Positions 8,185 through 17,524 are shown, numbered from the stretch's first letter. The stretch is DNA of 32,000 nt from Candidatus Omnitrophota bacterium (GCA_963662715.1 OY759724.1:1350001-1382000); one strand, 5' to 3'. Made by a program: numbers and translations. Notes: a model not told the origin generated them from the letters alone.

Positions 8185-10595
8185 CACCGTGGAAATTGAC
8201 ATATAGCCGTTTTGATTCGGAAAAGGAATCGTTGCGGGAAGCTTTGTGTACTCTGGGCAACGGCTATCTGGGGACACGGGGAGCTGTTCCTGAAACCTCA
8301 GCGACGAAAGTCCATTATCCGGGAACGTATATTGCCGGGGTTTACAATGCCCTGACGACCGAGATTGCCGGGCGAAGCGTCATCAACGAAGACTTCGTGA
8401 ATTGCCCCAACTGGCTTATGCTGAATTATCGTATCGATGACGGGCCTTGGTTTAACCGCTTAAAGGTCCGGATATTAGCGTGGAAAGCTGAATTGAATCT
8501 TCATAAGGGCATGCTTTCCCGACGGTTAAAATGGCAGGATGAGCAGGGGCGCATAACGGTCGTAGAAAACCACCGCATCGTTAGCATGGCGGAACCCCAC
8601 TTGTGCGCCTTGCGTTATACGGTTATCCCGGAAAATTATGACGGGACCATTACGGTGCGAAGCGGTCTGGACGGACTTATCGTGAATGACGGAGTTGAAA
8701 GATATAAGCAGTTGAAAAACAAACATCTTGAACCGGTATCGCACGGCGCTTTCGGTCCGGACGGGATTTTCCTGCAGACGCAGACGACACAATCACAAAT
8801 TCAAATAACGGAGGCTTTGCGCACGATTGTGAGCTGTGACCATCAGAGCCTGAATCCGGAAATGCATGTTATTCTGCACGGTCGGGAGAGGATCATGCAG
8901 CAGTTTTCCATCGATGTTCAAAAGGGCAAAAGATATACCATCGAAAAGATCGTGAGTATTTATACATCCAGGGACCACGGCGTTTCCAATAACTGCACTT
9001 TAGCCCAGGATATGGTCAGTCAGGTTGAGAATTTTCAAAGCCTTTATTCGCCTCATCAAGCCAAATGGGCGGCGTTGTGGAAAAAATGTGACATCGAAGT
9101 GGAGGGGGACAGTTTTGTCCAGATGGCTTTGCGGTTTCATATTTTCCATTTATTGCAGTCGGCTTCTACTTACAATGAGAACATCGATGCCGGTTTGCCG
9201 GCGAGAGGCCTGCATGGAGAAGCCTATCGGGGCCATATTTTTTGGGATGAGTTATACGCTTATCCCTTTTATACCCTGCACGCTCCGGAAATCACCCGCG
9301 CTTTGCTTATGTATCGTTACCGGCGGCTGAATGCGGCTAAAGAGTATGCCAGGCAACATGGCTGCCGGGGGGCGATGTATCCCTGGCAAAGTGCCAGCAC
9401 GGGAGAGGAAACAACCCAAGTGTTGCACCTTAACCCTATGTCAGGAACATGGGGGCCGGATTACAGTGCTTTGCAGAGGCATGTTTCGATTGCCATTGCC
9501 TATAATGTTCTGACCTATTGTCAGGCTTCGGGAGATCGGGACTTCATGGAGCGTTACGGGATTGAGATGCTTATGGAAATATCTCATTTTTGGTCGAGTA
9601 TTGCCCGGCGGAACAAGAAAACGAAACGGTTTGAAATTGAAGGCGTTATGGGGCCGGATGAATTTCATGAAAAATATCCCGGGGTGAACAGGGGTGGATT
9701 GAAGAATAATGCCTATACGAATATTATGGTGGTTTGGGTCCTGAAAAAAACCCTGGAGGTTTTTGAAACCCTGCCGGAAGAAGAGCAAAAAGCTCTCATG
9801 CTCAAGACCCTGGTTCAGGAAGAGGAGCTTCAGCGTTGGCGGGATATCATATCTAAGATGACAATTGTCATGGACTCAGACGGCCTGATTCATCAGTTCG
9901 AAGGGTATATGGACCTTAAAGAGTTGAATTGGGATGAATACCGGACAAAATACGACAACATTGACCGCATTGACCGCATCTTAAAGGCTGAGGGGCTTTC
10001 TCCTGACAGTTATAAAGTTTCTAAACAGGCTGATACGTTGATGATTTTTTATCTCTTGAACATGGAAGAATTAGAGGAGATTTTTTTGGCGCTGGGATAC
10101 CCCTTCCCGGATGATATTATGAAAAGGAATTTTGATTATTATCTGGGGCGGACCTCTCACGGTTCGACTTTAAGCCGGATAGTGCATGCTTATGTTGCGG
10201 AAAAGTTGGGGTATGAGAAATTAGCCGAGCAGTTTTTTTATGAAGCGCTGCGAAGCGATATTTATGACATTCAGGGGGGGACCACGCAGGAAGGGATTCA
10301 TGTCGGTGTTATGGCCGGAAGCGTGGATTTATTCCTCAGCTTTTTTGCCGGCGTGTCTCATCATGGACAGAAAATTTGTATTAACCCTAAAATGCCGGAA
10401 ACCTGGCAAAAAATAAAGTACCGTATCCGCTATCGTCATGTTTGGATTAAGGTGACAATGAGTCACCAGGAAATCAAAGTCACGGCGGAACCCTTAAGAG
10501 AAGTTTCCCTCCTGAAATCTACGGACATCCCCATTGAAGTGAACCATCAAAATTATTTTCTCCGCCCCCGCAGAACATTGGTCGTGAAAGTATAG
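8181..10595 (+). CDS. Glycoside hydrolase family 65 protein (disaccharide phosphorylase type; substrate not assignable from sequence by eye)
   Basis: 804 aa. GH65 blocks are ESLFALGNGYLGTRG-like (EALCTLGNGYLGTRGA), GLHGEAYRGHIFWD, the MGPDEF region that in my recollection holds the general-acid Glu, and GRTSHGSTLS (phosphate-site-like loop). Confidence 0.92.
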   Translation: MTPWKLTYSRFDSEKESLREALCTLGNGYLGTRGAVPETSATKVHYPGTYIAGVYNALTTEIAGRSVINEDFVNCPNWLMLNYRIDDGPWFNRLKVRILAWKAELNLHKGMLSRRLKWQDEQGRITVVENHRIVSMAEPHLCALRYTVIPENYDGTITVRSGLDGLIVNDGVERYKQLKNKHLEPVSHGAFGPDGIFLQTQTTQSQIQITEALRTIVSCDHQSLNPEMHVILHGRERIMQQFSIDVQKGKRYTIEKIVSIYTSRDHGVSNNCTLAQDMVSQVENFQSLYSPHQAKWAALWKKCDIEVEGDSFVQMALRFHIFHLLQSASTYNENIDAGLPARGLHGEAYRGHIFWDELYAYPFYTLHAPEITRALLMYRYRRLNAAKEYARQHGCRGAMYPWQSASTGEETTQVLHLNPMSGTWGPDYSALQRHVSIAIAYNVLTYCQASGDRDFMERYGIEMLMEISHFWSSIARRNKKTKRFEIEGVMGPDEFHEKYPGVNRGGLKNNAYTNIMVVWVLKKTLEVFETLPEEEQKALMLKTLVQEEELQRWRDIISKMTIVMDSDGLIHQFEGYMDLKELNWDEYRTKYDNIDRIDRILKAEGLSPDSYKVSKQADTLMIFYLLNMEELEEIFLALGYPFPDDIMKRNFDYYLGRTSHGSTLSRIVHAYVAEKLGYEKLAEQFFYEALRSDIYDIQGGTTQEGIHVGVMAGSVDLFLSFFAGVSHHGQKICINPKMPETWQKIKYRIRYRHVWIKVTMSHQEIKVTAEPLREVSLLKSTDIPIEVNHQNYFLRPRRTLVVKV

Positions 10596-10618
10596 GAAAC
10601 GCGGCCCCGCGACAGATA

Positions 10619-12421
10619 TCATTTGAAACAGCAAATGCGCCCCTTGCCTTCCCTTTTCGCCTGATAGAGGGCTTGGTCGGTTTTCAGGATCAAGTCCCTG
10701 CGGTCGCTGTGGTGGGACTGTTCCCCTACGCCAATGCTGACAGAGACCGTTCTTTTGCACTTGAGATTCTGGATGCTATCAATGATTTTTTTCGCCACCG
10801 TTTTCGCCTGATCAATATTTGTTTGTGGCAGAATGGCCACGAATTCATCCCCGGCGTAACGGCAGACGATATCTACGGCACGGAGATTGTTTTTGACCAC
10901 GGCGCTGATCCGTTTTAAAAGGATGTCGCCGGCCGGATGCCCGTAGGTGTCGTTATAAGATTTGAAATTGTCGATATCGAGCATTAATAAACAGAAGGGG
11001 CCGAGATACCTGTGGGCCCGTTCAATTTCCATGTCCAATGTCCGGGTGAAATACCTGTAATTAAATATCCCGGTTAAAGGGTCTGATATGGATAAAAATT
11101 CCAGTTCCCGATAATTGCTGGCATTTTCTATCGCTGTTGCGGCCTGGCTGACAATGGTGCACAGTATCCGCAGATCAATTCCCGAAAAATGAGGCTCGTC
11201 CCGGGATTTTTTATCGCTGACATTCACGACCCCCACCATTTTATTTTTCAACATAATAGGGACGATCATAAAAGACTTCGATTTATAACTTTGCCGGTTT
11301 TGCCGGCCGATGGATTTTTCTTGTTCAATATCGTTGACCAATAAAGGTTGGCCTGTTTTGGCGACCAGCCCAGCCAGCGGTTCGCCCATTCTTATCCGGG
11401 TTGTTGTAATGTATTTGTCGTTTAATCCTTTTGCTCCCCGAATTGTCAGTTCATTTGTATGGTTGTCCAGCAGCATGAGGGAACATCGTTCGATCTCCAG
11501 GATTTTCGTGGATTTCTCAATAACAAAATCGACCAGATGGTTAAGGTTGCTGATGGAGGCCATGGCCGGATTAATGTTTAAGACTTCTTCCAGCTTTCGT
11601 TTTTCCAGCGCGATGAGATTTTGCAACTGGTTTAATTTTTCTTCAATTTCTTTCCTTTCCGAAATGTCCCGGACAAAAGACCACATCCCGGTGGGCGTTC
11701 CTTCTTCAGAATGAATCAAATATGTTCTTAATTCAACCGGAACACAGCTCCCGTCCTTGCGGAGATATTCCTTTTCGTAAAGTTCGGAATATCCTAAAGC
11801 CATGACCTGTTCCTCGATGATTTTCTTTTCAAGATCATGCCATTTAGCGGGGGTCACATCCTGATGCCCAAGTTTTTTAATCTCTTGAGAGTTATAGCCC
11901 AGCATTTCCTGGAAGGCATGGTTGTGTTCCTGTATCTGCCCCTGCATATTAACCAGGACATAACCATCCCGGCTTGCTTCATAGAGTTGCCGGTATCTCT
12001 TTTCGGATTCAATGATAGATTGTTCATTGATCTTCCGCTTGGTGACATCAATGGCCTGTATGACAATTTGTTTGACGGTCCCGCCTGATTCGAGAAGAGG
12101 GTAGGCGTTAATTTCAAAATATTGAGGGTCCCCTTGCTTGTTAAAATGAACATGCTCCAATGAAACGGGTTGCTTTGTCTTTGTGAGGATTTCTATAGGA
12201 CAAGAGAGGCCCAGGTCGCGACAGGGAACCTCTGAATGGTGTGTTGCGGCATAGCAGAGACAATTTTTGTTTATATCGTTTTTGCGGGCGGCTTTGTTGG
12301 CGAAAACAACTTTATAGTCCGGGACGTTGATAATATAAAAAGGGTCGACGATGCCGTCTATGACTTTCTGCAGACCATTCTGTTTTTCTTCGGGTCTTTC
12401 TTTTCCATTGCCTCGGGTCAT
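10619..12421 (-). CDS. PAS-PAS-GAF-GGDEF diguanylate cyclase (AGDEF variant with an RxxD I-site)
   Basis: The start is set at ATG 12421, 4 nt downstream of the GGAGGA core of GGGAGGAC; the ORF track begins 24 codons earlier. The GGDEF domain has DIDNFKSYNDTYGHPAGD and RYAGDEF. The GAF block has IVPIMLKNKMVGVVNV. There are two PAS-like domains, the first with a Cys-rich insertion. Confidence 0.9.
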   Translation of the reverse strand: MTRGNGKERPEEKQNGLQKVIDGIVDPFYIINVPDYKVVFANKAARKNDINKNCLCYAATHHSEVPCRDLGLSCPIEILTKTKQPVSLEHVHFNKQGDPQYFEINAYPLLESGGTVKQIVIQAIDVTKRKINEQSIIESEKRYRQLYEASRDGYVLVNMQGQIQEHNHAFQEMLGYNSQEIKKLGHQDVTPAKWHDLEKKIIEEQVMALGYSELYEKEYLRKDGSCVPVELRTYLIHSEEGTPTGMWSFVRDISERKEIEEKLNQLQNLIALEKRKLEEVLNINPAMASISNLNHLVDFVIEKSTKILEIERCSLMLLDNHTNELTIRGAKGLNDKYITTTRIRMGEPLAGLVAKTGQPLLVNDIEQEKSIGRQNRQSYKSKSFMIVPIMLKNKMVGVVNVSDKKSRDEPHFSGIDLRILCTIVSQAATAIENASNYRELEFLSISDPLTGIFNYRYFTRTLDMEIERAHRYLGPFCLLMLDIDNFKSYNDTYGHPAGDILLKRISAVVKNNLRAVDIVCRYAGDEFVAILPQTNIDQAKTVAKKIIDSIQNLKCKRTVSVSIGVGEQSHHSDRRDLILKTDQALYQAKREGKGRICCFK

Positions 12422-12612
12422 CGGGTCCTCCCTCGCGAAAAGTTGCTCATACCCTTTTGTCTTTATGCTACTCCTAAAGCAGATTTTAAACAAGTTCTTT
12501 ATGTCTGTCGATGGAAAACATGTGAAATTATGACAAAGAATAATGACTGTTTTTGAAGATGCGCGACAGTTGAAAATATAAAAAATAAAATTTGTTTATC
12601 TTAACCTTTTTA

Positions 12613-12630
12613 TATTTATAATATTTATAA
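12613..12630. repeat. Tandem 9-nt repeat ATTTATAAT x2 in the divergent cyclase/MCP intergenic region
   Basis: This is a direct reading of 12613-12621 and 12622-12630. Each copy contains a TATAAT hexamer. Confidence 0.6.
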
Positions 12631-12722
12631 TAAAAAAGATATCTGGGTTCTGCAGGTAAAATATGTTTTATTAAACAACTTTTGTTTAGACGGGATCCTG
12701 CCGGGGGCTTTGGGGGGCCGAT

Positions 12723-13895
12723 ATGTTTGGTGAAGAAATGCTTTTTAAAAAACTGAAGTTAGCACAAAAGCTTTGGTTGACCGTGGGCCTGAGTATTTTT
12801 GTCGCGATTGTCTGTTGCGGCCTTTGTCTCTTCCAGAGCGGCAGAATCATTAATGAAATGGAAGATATTTTAACACTTGATAGGCGAGAGACAGAGACAG
12901 CAGGCATATCTATCGATCAAAAGATAAACAAAAGCATTGCCGGGGTAAGGAGGTTGCGGTATATTCTGACTGTTTTGTTTGTGCCGGGCTTGTTTTTCAG
13001 TCTATGGAGTGCCCTGCTGTTCCGGCGCAGCCTAACAAAACCACTTGTTGAAATAACCAGGATGCTTGATGCCGTTCAGCAGGGCGATTTAACGAGAAGA
13101 GTCAAAATTGTGTCCCAGGATGAACTGGGAGTTTTGTCCGAAAGAATGAACCAATTTGTTGTTCAAATCGTGGATATTTTAAGATGTGTTAAAGTTTCTG
13201 TTCAGCTGTTTGTGGAAACATCCCGGGCCGTAACGACATCTTCGCAACAGATCGCGGAAGGGGCCCAGCAACAATCTGCCAGTTTTGAACATATTTCCAG
13301 CACGGTGCAAACGAATGCCAGCGATTGTACCCAGGCCAATGATCTGGCCCAAAAGGCTGTTAAGAACGTTATTGATTCCGGAGACAATATGGAGAATTCC
13401 ATGAACGCCATGGATGAAATTGCCCGGAGCGCAAAAGATATTAATAATGTGATATCCATTATTACGGATATCTCTGACCAAACGAATTTGTTGGCTCTGA
13501 ACGCCGCCATTGAGGCGGCAAGAGCCGGTGAACACGGGAAAGGTTTTGCCGTCGTAGCCGATGAAGTCAGGAAACTGGCTGAACGCAGCGCTTCTTCGGC
13601 CAACGATATTACGCAGTTGATCGTTAGCAGCATGCAGCAGATTGCCAACGGAGTGACATTATCACAGGCTGTCGGAGAGAGCCTGAGACAAGTGGTGGAG
13701 GATATCAATACCATTGCTGACCAGATTCAGGGCATTTCTTCTGCCACAGAGGAACAGGCGGCTTCTATGCAGGAAAATTCATCCATCACCGAAAATTTTG
13801 CTGCGACATCAGAAGCCTTGGCCGCAGCATCGCAGCAGTTATATTCGAGTGCCCAGGGTTTGCAGGAAATGGTGAGTCACTATAAAATTTCTTAA
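12723..13895 (+). CDS. Methyl-accepting chemotaxis protein with a minimal periplasmic loop (2 TM + HAMP + MA domain)
   Basis: 390 aa. The HAMP region has [13 protein letters not shown]. The highly conserved signalling hairpin is [40 protein letters not shown]. Only about 40 residues separate the two TM helices. Confidence 0.92.
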   Translation: MFGEEMLFKKLKLAQKLWLTVGLSIFVAIVCCGLCLFQSGRIINEMEDILTLDRRETETAGISIDQKINKSIAGVRRLRYILTVLFVPGLFFSLWSALLFRRSLTKPLVEITRMLDAVQQGDLTRRVKIVSQDELGVLSERMNQFVVQIVDILRCVKVSVQLFVETSRAVTTSSQQIAEGAQQQSASFEHISSTVQTNASDCTQANDLAQKAVKNVIDSGDNMENSMNAMDEIARSAKDINNVISIITDISDQTNLLALNAAIEAARAGEHGKGFAVVADEVRKLAERSASSANDITQLIVSSMQQIANGVTLSQAVGESLRQVVEDINTIADQIQGISSATEEQAASMQENSSITENFAATSEALAAASQQLYSSAQGLQEMVSHYKIS

Positions 13896-14105
13896 TAACA
13901 CTTAAGGATGTATTGTTTTTACTCACACCTTCAGTTATTAATGGTTAGAGTCCTGATATGATAGTCCTCTTTTGACCTTTCTCCCTCCGGATAAAATTTT
14001 AAGAGAGCATATTCTTTTGAAACAATTGCTTTCTCTCCGGTCTTTCAGGGGAAAGACAATAAGCAGGAAAAGAAGGCGGCTTTTGATTCATCAGGGGGAT
14101 TTATA

Positions 14106-14489
14106 GTGAAATTGTTATTCATCGGATTGGGAGGGGCTTTGGGGGCTGTCAGCCGGTATCTTCTTTCAGGGTGGGTGTATAAGGTTTTGGGGACGGGCTT
14201 TCCCTGGGGAACGTTGGCGGTCAACAGTTTAGGATCTTTTTTGATGGGGGTCCTGTGGGGTGTTTTCGATGTGTGTGTCGTGCCCCAAAATACGCGGGTT
14301 TTTCTTCTCGTCGGTTGCTTGGGGGCATTTACGACCTTTTCAACTTTTTCCTTTGAGAATTTTCAACTCATCAGGGACGGGCAAACGAATCTAGCGCTTC
14401 TTAATTGCTGTATAAGTGTTATAATATCCCTTGGAATGGTTTTTTGCGGGTTTTTTGCCGCGCGGTTCCTTTTGTCGGTGATGCGTTAA
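14106..14489 (+). CDS. crcB: Fluoride ion channel CrcB/FluC
   Basis: 127 aa, 4 TM. Blocks are GGALGAVSRY, GTLAVNSLGSFLMG and GFCGAFTTFSTF-like (GCLGAFTTFSTFSFE). The GTG start lies 7 nt after AGGGGGA. Confidence 0.92.
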   Translation: MKLLFIGLGGALGAVSRYLLSGWVYKVLGTGFPWGTLAVNSLGSFLMGVLWGVFDVCVVPQNTRVFLLVGCLGAFTTFSTFSFENFQLIRDGQTNLALLNCCISVIISLGMVFCGFFAARFLLSVMR

Positions 14490-14505
14490 GGCGGGAGGAG
14501 TTTTT

Positions 14506-14844
14506 ATGAGATTAACGGAAGAGGGACTATTGTTAAGAATTTTTTTGAACGAAGGGGATAAATATCAGGGGACGCCTCTTTACGAACACGTTGTGCTGGA
14601 AGCCCGTGCCAATCACATAGCAAGCGCTATTGTCACGCGCGGTATCATGGGATACGGCACGGACAGCCAAATGCATACGGCAAAAGTGCTCCGTTTATCC
14701 GAGGATTTGCCGGTGGTCGTGGAGATTTTTGATAAAGAAGAAAAAATTCAGGAGTTTATAAGAACACTTAATACTGTTGTTGCTGTGGGAATGATGACAT
14801 TGGAGAAGGTTAAGATTTTTAAATATGAGCAGTGTCAGGAATAG
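14506..14844 (+). CDS. DUF190 (PII-like fold) protein, the usual partner of crcB
   Basis: 112 aa. LLRIFLNEGDKYQGTPLYEHVV..A....IASAIVTRGIMGYG matches my memory of the DUF190 family. SD GGGAGGAG lies upstream, 16 nt after the crcB stop. Confidence 0.85.
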   Translation: MRLTEEGLLLRIFLNEGDKYQGTPLYEHVVLEARANHIASAIVTRGIMGYGTDSQMHTAKVLRLSEDLPVVVEIFDKEEKIQEFIRTLNTVVAVGMMTLEKVKIFKYEQCQE

Positions 14845-14919
14845 CCTGCTCCCCGGCAACGTTGTTTTTTTGCTTTTTAACCGTTTGGAGTATTGAGGCC
14901 ATTGTCAGGAGGATACCAT

Positions 14920-15351
14920 ATGACAAGAAAAGTAGCTGTTGTTTTGACCGTACTGGTTCTCGTTTTTTTTGCCGTTAGCGTGCAGGCCGAAGAGGATATC
15001 GGCGAGACCCTGCGGAAGCTTATTGTCAACGCTTTAGAGGCGAATCAGATGGAGGATCAGGAGGCTGCTCTTGCAATGATTCATACGGGGTCTCCCGTCT
15101 ACGAAAAGATTCAGGGACGCATTCCGCTGATTTTTTCCTCGTTTGATTTGGAATATGAGTTGTTATATTTTCAGTATTTGGGTCGGGATGGAGAATACGC
15201 TGTTGCAAGGATTAAGCAGACGACAAAAAAAGTCAAGGGGCCGGAATTTCAAGATAATAAAGTTGATCTGATCCAGGTTTTTCGGCTTGAAAAAGGTCAA
15301 TGGAAATTCTGGAACCAGGTCGTTTTGGATATGCAATTGTCGGGAGAGTGA
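14920..15351 (+). CDS. Exported hypothetical protein
   Basis: The start is moved to ATG 14920, which has AGGAGGA upstream. The signal peptide is MTRKVAVVLTVLVLVFFAVSVQA/EE. I do not confidently recognise a family. Confidence 0.6.
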   Translation: MTRKVAVVLTVLVLVFFAVSVQAEEDIGETLRKLIVNALEANQMEDQEAALAMIHTGSPVYEKIQGRIPLIFSSFDLEYELLYFQYLGRDGEYAVARIKQTTKKVKGPEFQDNKVDLIQVFRLEKGQWKFWNQVVLDMQLSGE

Positions 15352-15410
15352 GTCATGACATGATAAGGGCGATTTCTGTTTTGAAAGTCTCCTTTGCCCG
15401 TTATCGTGTT

Positions 15411-16442
15411 TTAATTTGATAAGTTTTTGAGTCCGTACACCCTCAGCAATTCGTTAACGTTTGTTGTTTTTAAATCCAGGCCTCCTGCATCTCCGAACGG
15501 CAGGAGAAAAATGCGTTTCCCCGCCAAGGCTTCCGCGATTTTAATCTTGACCATGGTCTCCCCCCCGGAATTGTTTAACGCTTCCACCATTTTTGTGATC
15601 CCCTGGGCTTGGGCTATGCCTTCCGCTTCGATCGCCTGGGCGATTTTTGTTTGTTGTTCATAATACGCATCGGCCGCAATTTTGGCTTTCATGTATTGTC
15701 CGTCGACATGCGCGATCATCTTGTTGACTTCTCCTTGAGCTGTTTGGAGCTTCTGAAGGAATTCCTCTTTTGTCGCTTTGGCTTCGGATTTAAACCTTTC
15801 GGCCATCTGGTCGGCGACCTTTTTTTCCTCAATAGCTTTCTGATAAGCGGTGTTGAAACGGTAATCTTTGGGGAGAACGCTTTCCACAATCACCCCGTAA
15901 GGCTTGAGAATAGTGTTTAAAGCCACTTTGACGGCTTCGGCTTGTTCTGTCCGTTTGTTCGCAACGTAAAAATCTTCCGTCTTAAGGGCTCCGAACAATT
16001 CCCGCGTAAGGTTCCTTGTGATAGGACGAACGACTTTCTCTTCCAATTCGCGGTTATTCGCCGCAACATGAACCAGTATTTTTTTCGCCATTTGAGGGTC
16101 AATGCGGTAGGCAATAATGACGTCAAGGGCGATGTCATTTCCGTCAATGGTTTTAAACACGAGATCGTCTTTCCCAAAACGGGCCCCTTTATGAGACACT
16201 GTCATTTCCATGTTTTGCAGCTTTGTGTCGAAGGTGTACCATTCGTTAATGACCGGAGGGAAAAAATATTTTGCCCCGGGCGCATACGTCTTCTCCTGGA
16301 CTCCGGCTTTAGCAAAAGGAGACCATTTGATAATTCTGACGCCGACCTCCGTTGATTTTGTCTGATGCGGAAAATAAATAAAAAATATCGCCAGGATTAT
16401 TACGGCGGGAAATATGAGCGGGGATAACGATTTGTGTTTCAT
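15411..16442 (-). CDS. SPFH/band-7 (prohibitin/HflC-like) membrane protein
   Basis: 343 aa. It has an N-terminal TM anchor, an SPFH core (TIDGNDIALDVIIAYRIDP) and a long coiled-coil tail. SD AAGGAG lies upstream. Confidence 0.85.
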   Translation of the reverse strand: MKHKSLSPLIFPAVIILAIFFIYFPHQTKSTEVGVRIIKWSPFAKAGVQEKTYAPGAKYFFPPVINEWYTFDTKLQNMEMTVSHKGARFGKDDLVFKTIDGNDIALDVIIAYRIDPQMAKKILVHVAANNRELEEKVVRPITRNLTRELFGALKTEDFYVANKRTEQAEAVKVALNTILKPYGVIVESVLPKDYRFNTAYQKAIEEKKVADQMAERFKSEAKATKEEFLQKLQTAQGEVNKMIAHVDGQYMKAKIAADAYYEQQTKIAQAIEAEGIAQAQGITKMVEALNNSGGETMVKIKIAEALAGKRIFLLPFGDAGGLDLKTTNVNELLRVYGLKNLSN

Positions 16443-16447
16443 ATGTT

Positions 16448-17524
16448 TTACTCCTTTCCTTCGCTTATGCCAAACATCGCGAGGGTTTCTTCCAGGTCCA
16501 GGGGGTTGATCCCGTATTCTCCCGTTGATGACAGGATAATAACGTCGAATCCTTTATAGACATCCGCCATTTTTAGCCCGACAAATTTATCAGAGCCCTG
16601 TCTTTGATAGGCTTGATTGATTAATTCTGTTTTTTTCGCTTCCGCCAGGCTGACCAGCAAGTCTGCCTCGGCTTTCTTTTTGCGAACGTAAAGATCTTTT
16701 TCCGCATTTTTGGTCATAACATAAGCCTGCCCTTCTTCCAGTTTGACGGTGATGTTCGCCTCTCCTTCAGTCTTGACCTTTTTGACAAGGGCTTCCTCGG
16801 CGGAGGCTTTCGCCTTCGATTGATTGGTGAAAACCAGTTGGTCTTTTAGTTTTTTCTCTTCGATATTGCGCTGGATTTCTTCACTGTATCTGAAATAGCG
16901 CACAAGCACATATTCGACTTTAATCCCTTTGGCGTCAAGCTCGGCATTTAACAGCTGTTTGGCTTTTTCGGCTTTTTCGGCTCTTAGGGGGCTGTTGTAA
17001 AACTCTTCCGTAGTCATCTCTCCGAGAGCCTCTTTGAGCTTGGGCTCGACTTTGGGGATAATTCCGTTGTCTTCATACAGTTTTCCCGGACCCACCGTGG
17101 TGATGAGTTTATACGGATCGACAATTCTGTAAAGAATGCTGACATCGACATCAACAAAAAAACCGTCGGATGTCTGAATATGGGCAGCCTTGGCTTTCCG
17201 GGCTATCGTTGAAGCGGTATGCGTGTAATTTGTCAATTCAAAAACCTGAATGTCTTTCGGAAATCGGTGCATGCTTTGTGCTCCGAAAGGGATAACGAAA
17301 TGCAGCCCCGTGTTATAAATGCGTTTTTGAATCCCTGTGTGAAATCCGATGTTGACTTGCTTTATCCCGTATTCATTCGGTTTGATATAAATGAGGAAGG
17401 TTGAGAAAAGAAAGAAGAGAACAAGAAAAGGGATAAGGCCTATAAGCAATTTGTTCTGGATATGATTCATGAAGGATTTATATCTCCCTCCGACCACTTC
17501 AGCATCAACTTTTTCCCAGCCCAT
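16448..17524 (-). CDS. SPFH/band-7 (HflK-like) membrane protein
   Basis: 358 aa. It has a TM anchor, an SPFH core (IQTSDGFFVDVDVSILYRIVDP) and a Lys/Glu-rich coiled coil. SD AGGAGGA lies 4 nt upstream of the ATG, and the gap to the downstream paralog is 5 nt. Confidence 0.85.
   Translation of the reverse strand: MGWEKVDAEVVGGRYKSFMNHIQNKLLIGLIPFLVLFFLFSTFLIYIKPNEYGIKQVNIGFHTGIQKRIYNTGLHFVIPFGAQSMHRFPKDIQVFELTNYTHTASTIARKAKAAHIQTSDGFFVDVDVSILYRIVDPYKLITTVGPGKLYEDNGIIPKVEPKLKEALGEMTTEEFYNSPLRAEKAEKAKQLLNAELDAKGIKVEYVLVRYFRYSEEIQRNIEEKKLKDQLVFTNQSKAKASAEEALVKKVKTEGEANITVKLEEGQAYVMTKNAEKDLYVRKKKAEADLLVSLAEAKKTELINQAYQRQGSDKFVGLKMADVYKGFDVIILSSTGEYGINPLDLEETLAMFGISEGKE

Noticed and set aside
9960-9977. 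Tandem 9-bp duplication ATTGACCGC x2, giving IDR-IDR in the GH65 protein.
   Set aside because: It is a real repeat, but it is in-frame inside a well-conserved enzyme. It is most simply a slippage microduplication or normal sequence, with no functional implication I can support.
10596-10618. CGCG-GCCC-CGCG mini-hairpin between the convergent GH65 and cyclase genes, considered as a bidirectional terminator.
   Set aside because: It has only a 4-bp stem and no flanking U/A tracts, which is too weak to call.
13202-13714. 170-aa and 118-aa minus-strand ORFs, Ala/Ser-rich.
   Set aside because: They are antisense to the highly conserved MCP signalling domain. The Ala-rich coiled-coil codons of MCP genes routinely produce open antisense frames.
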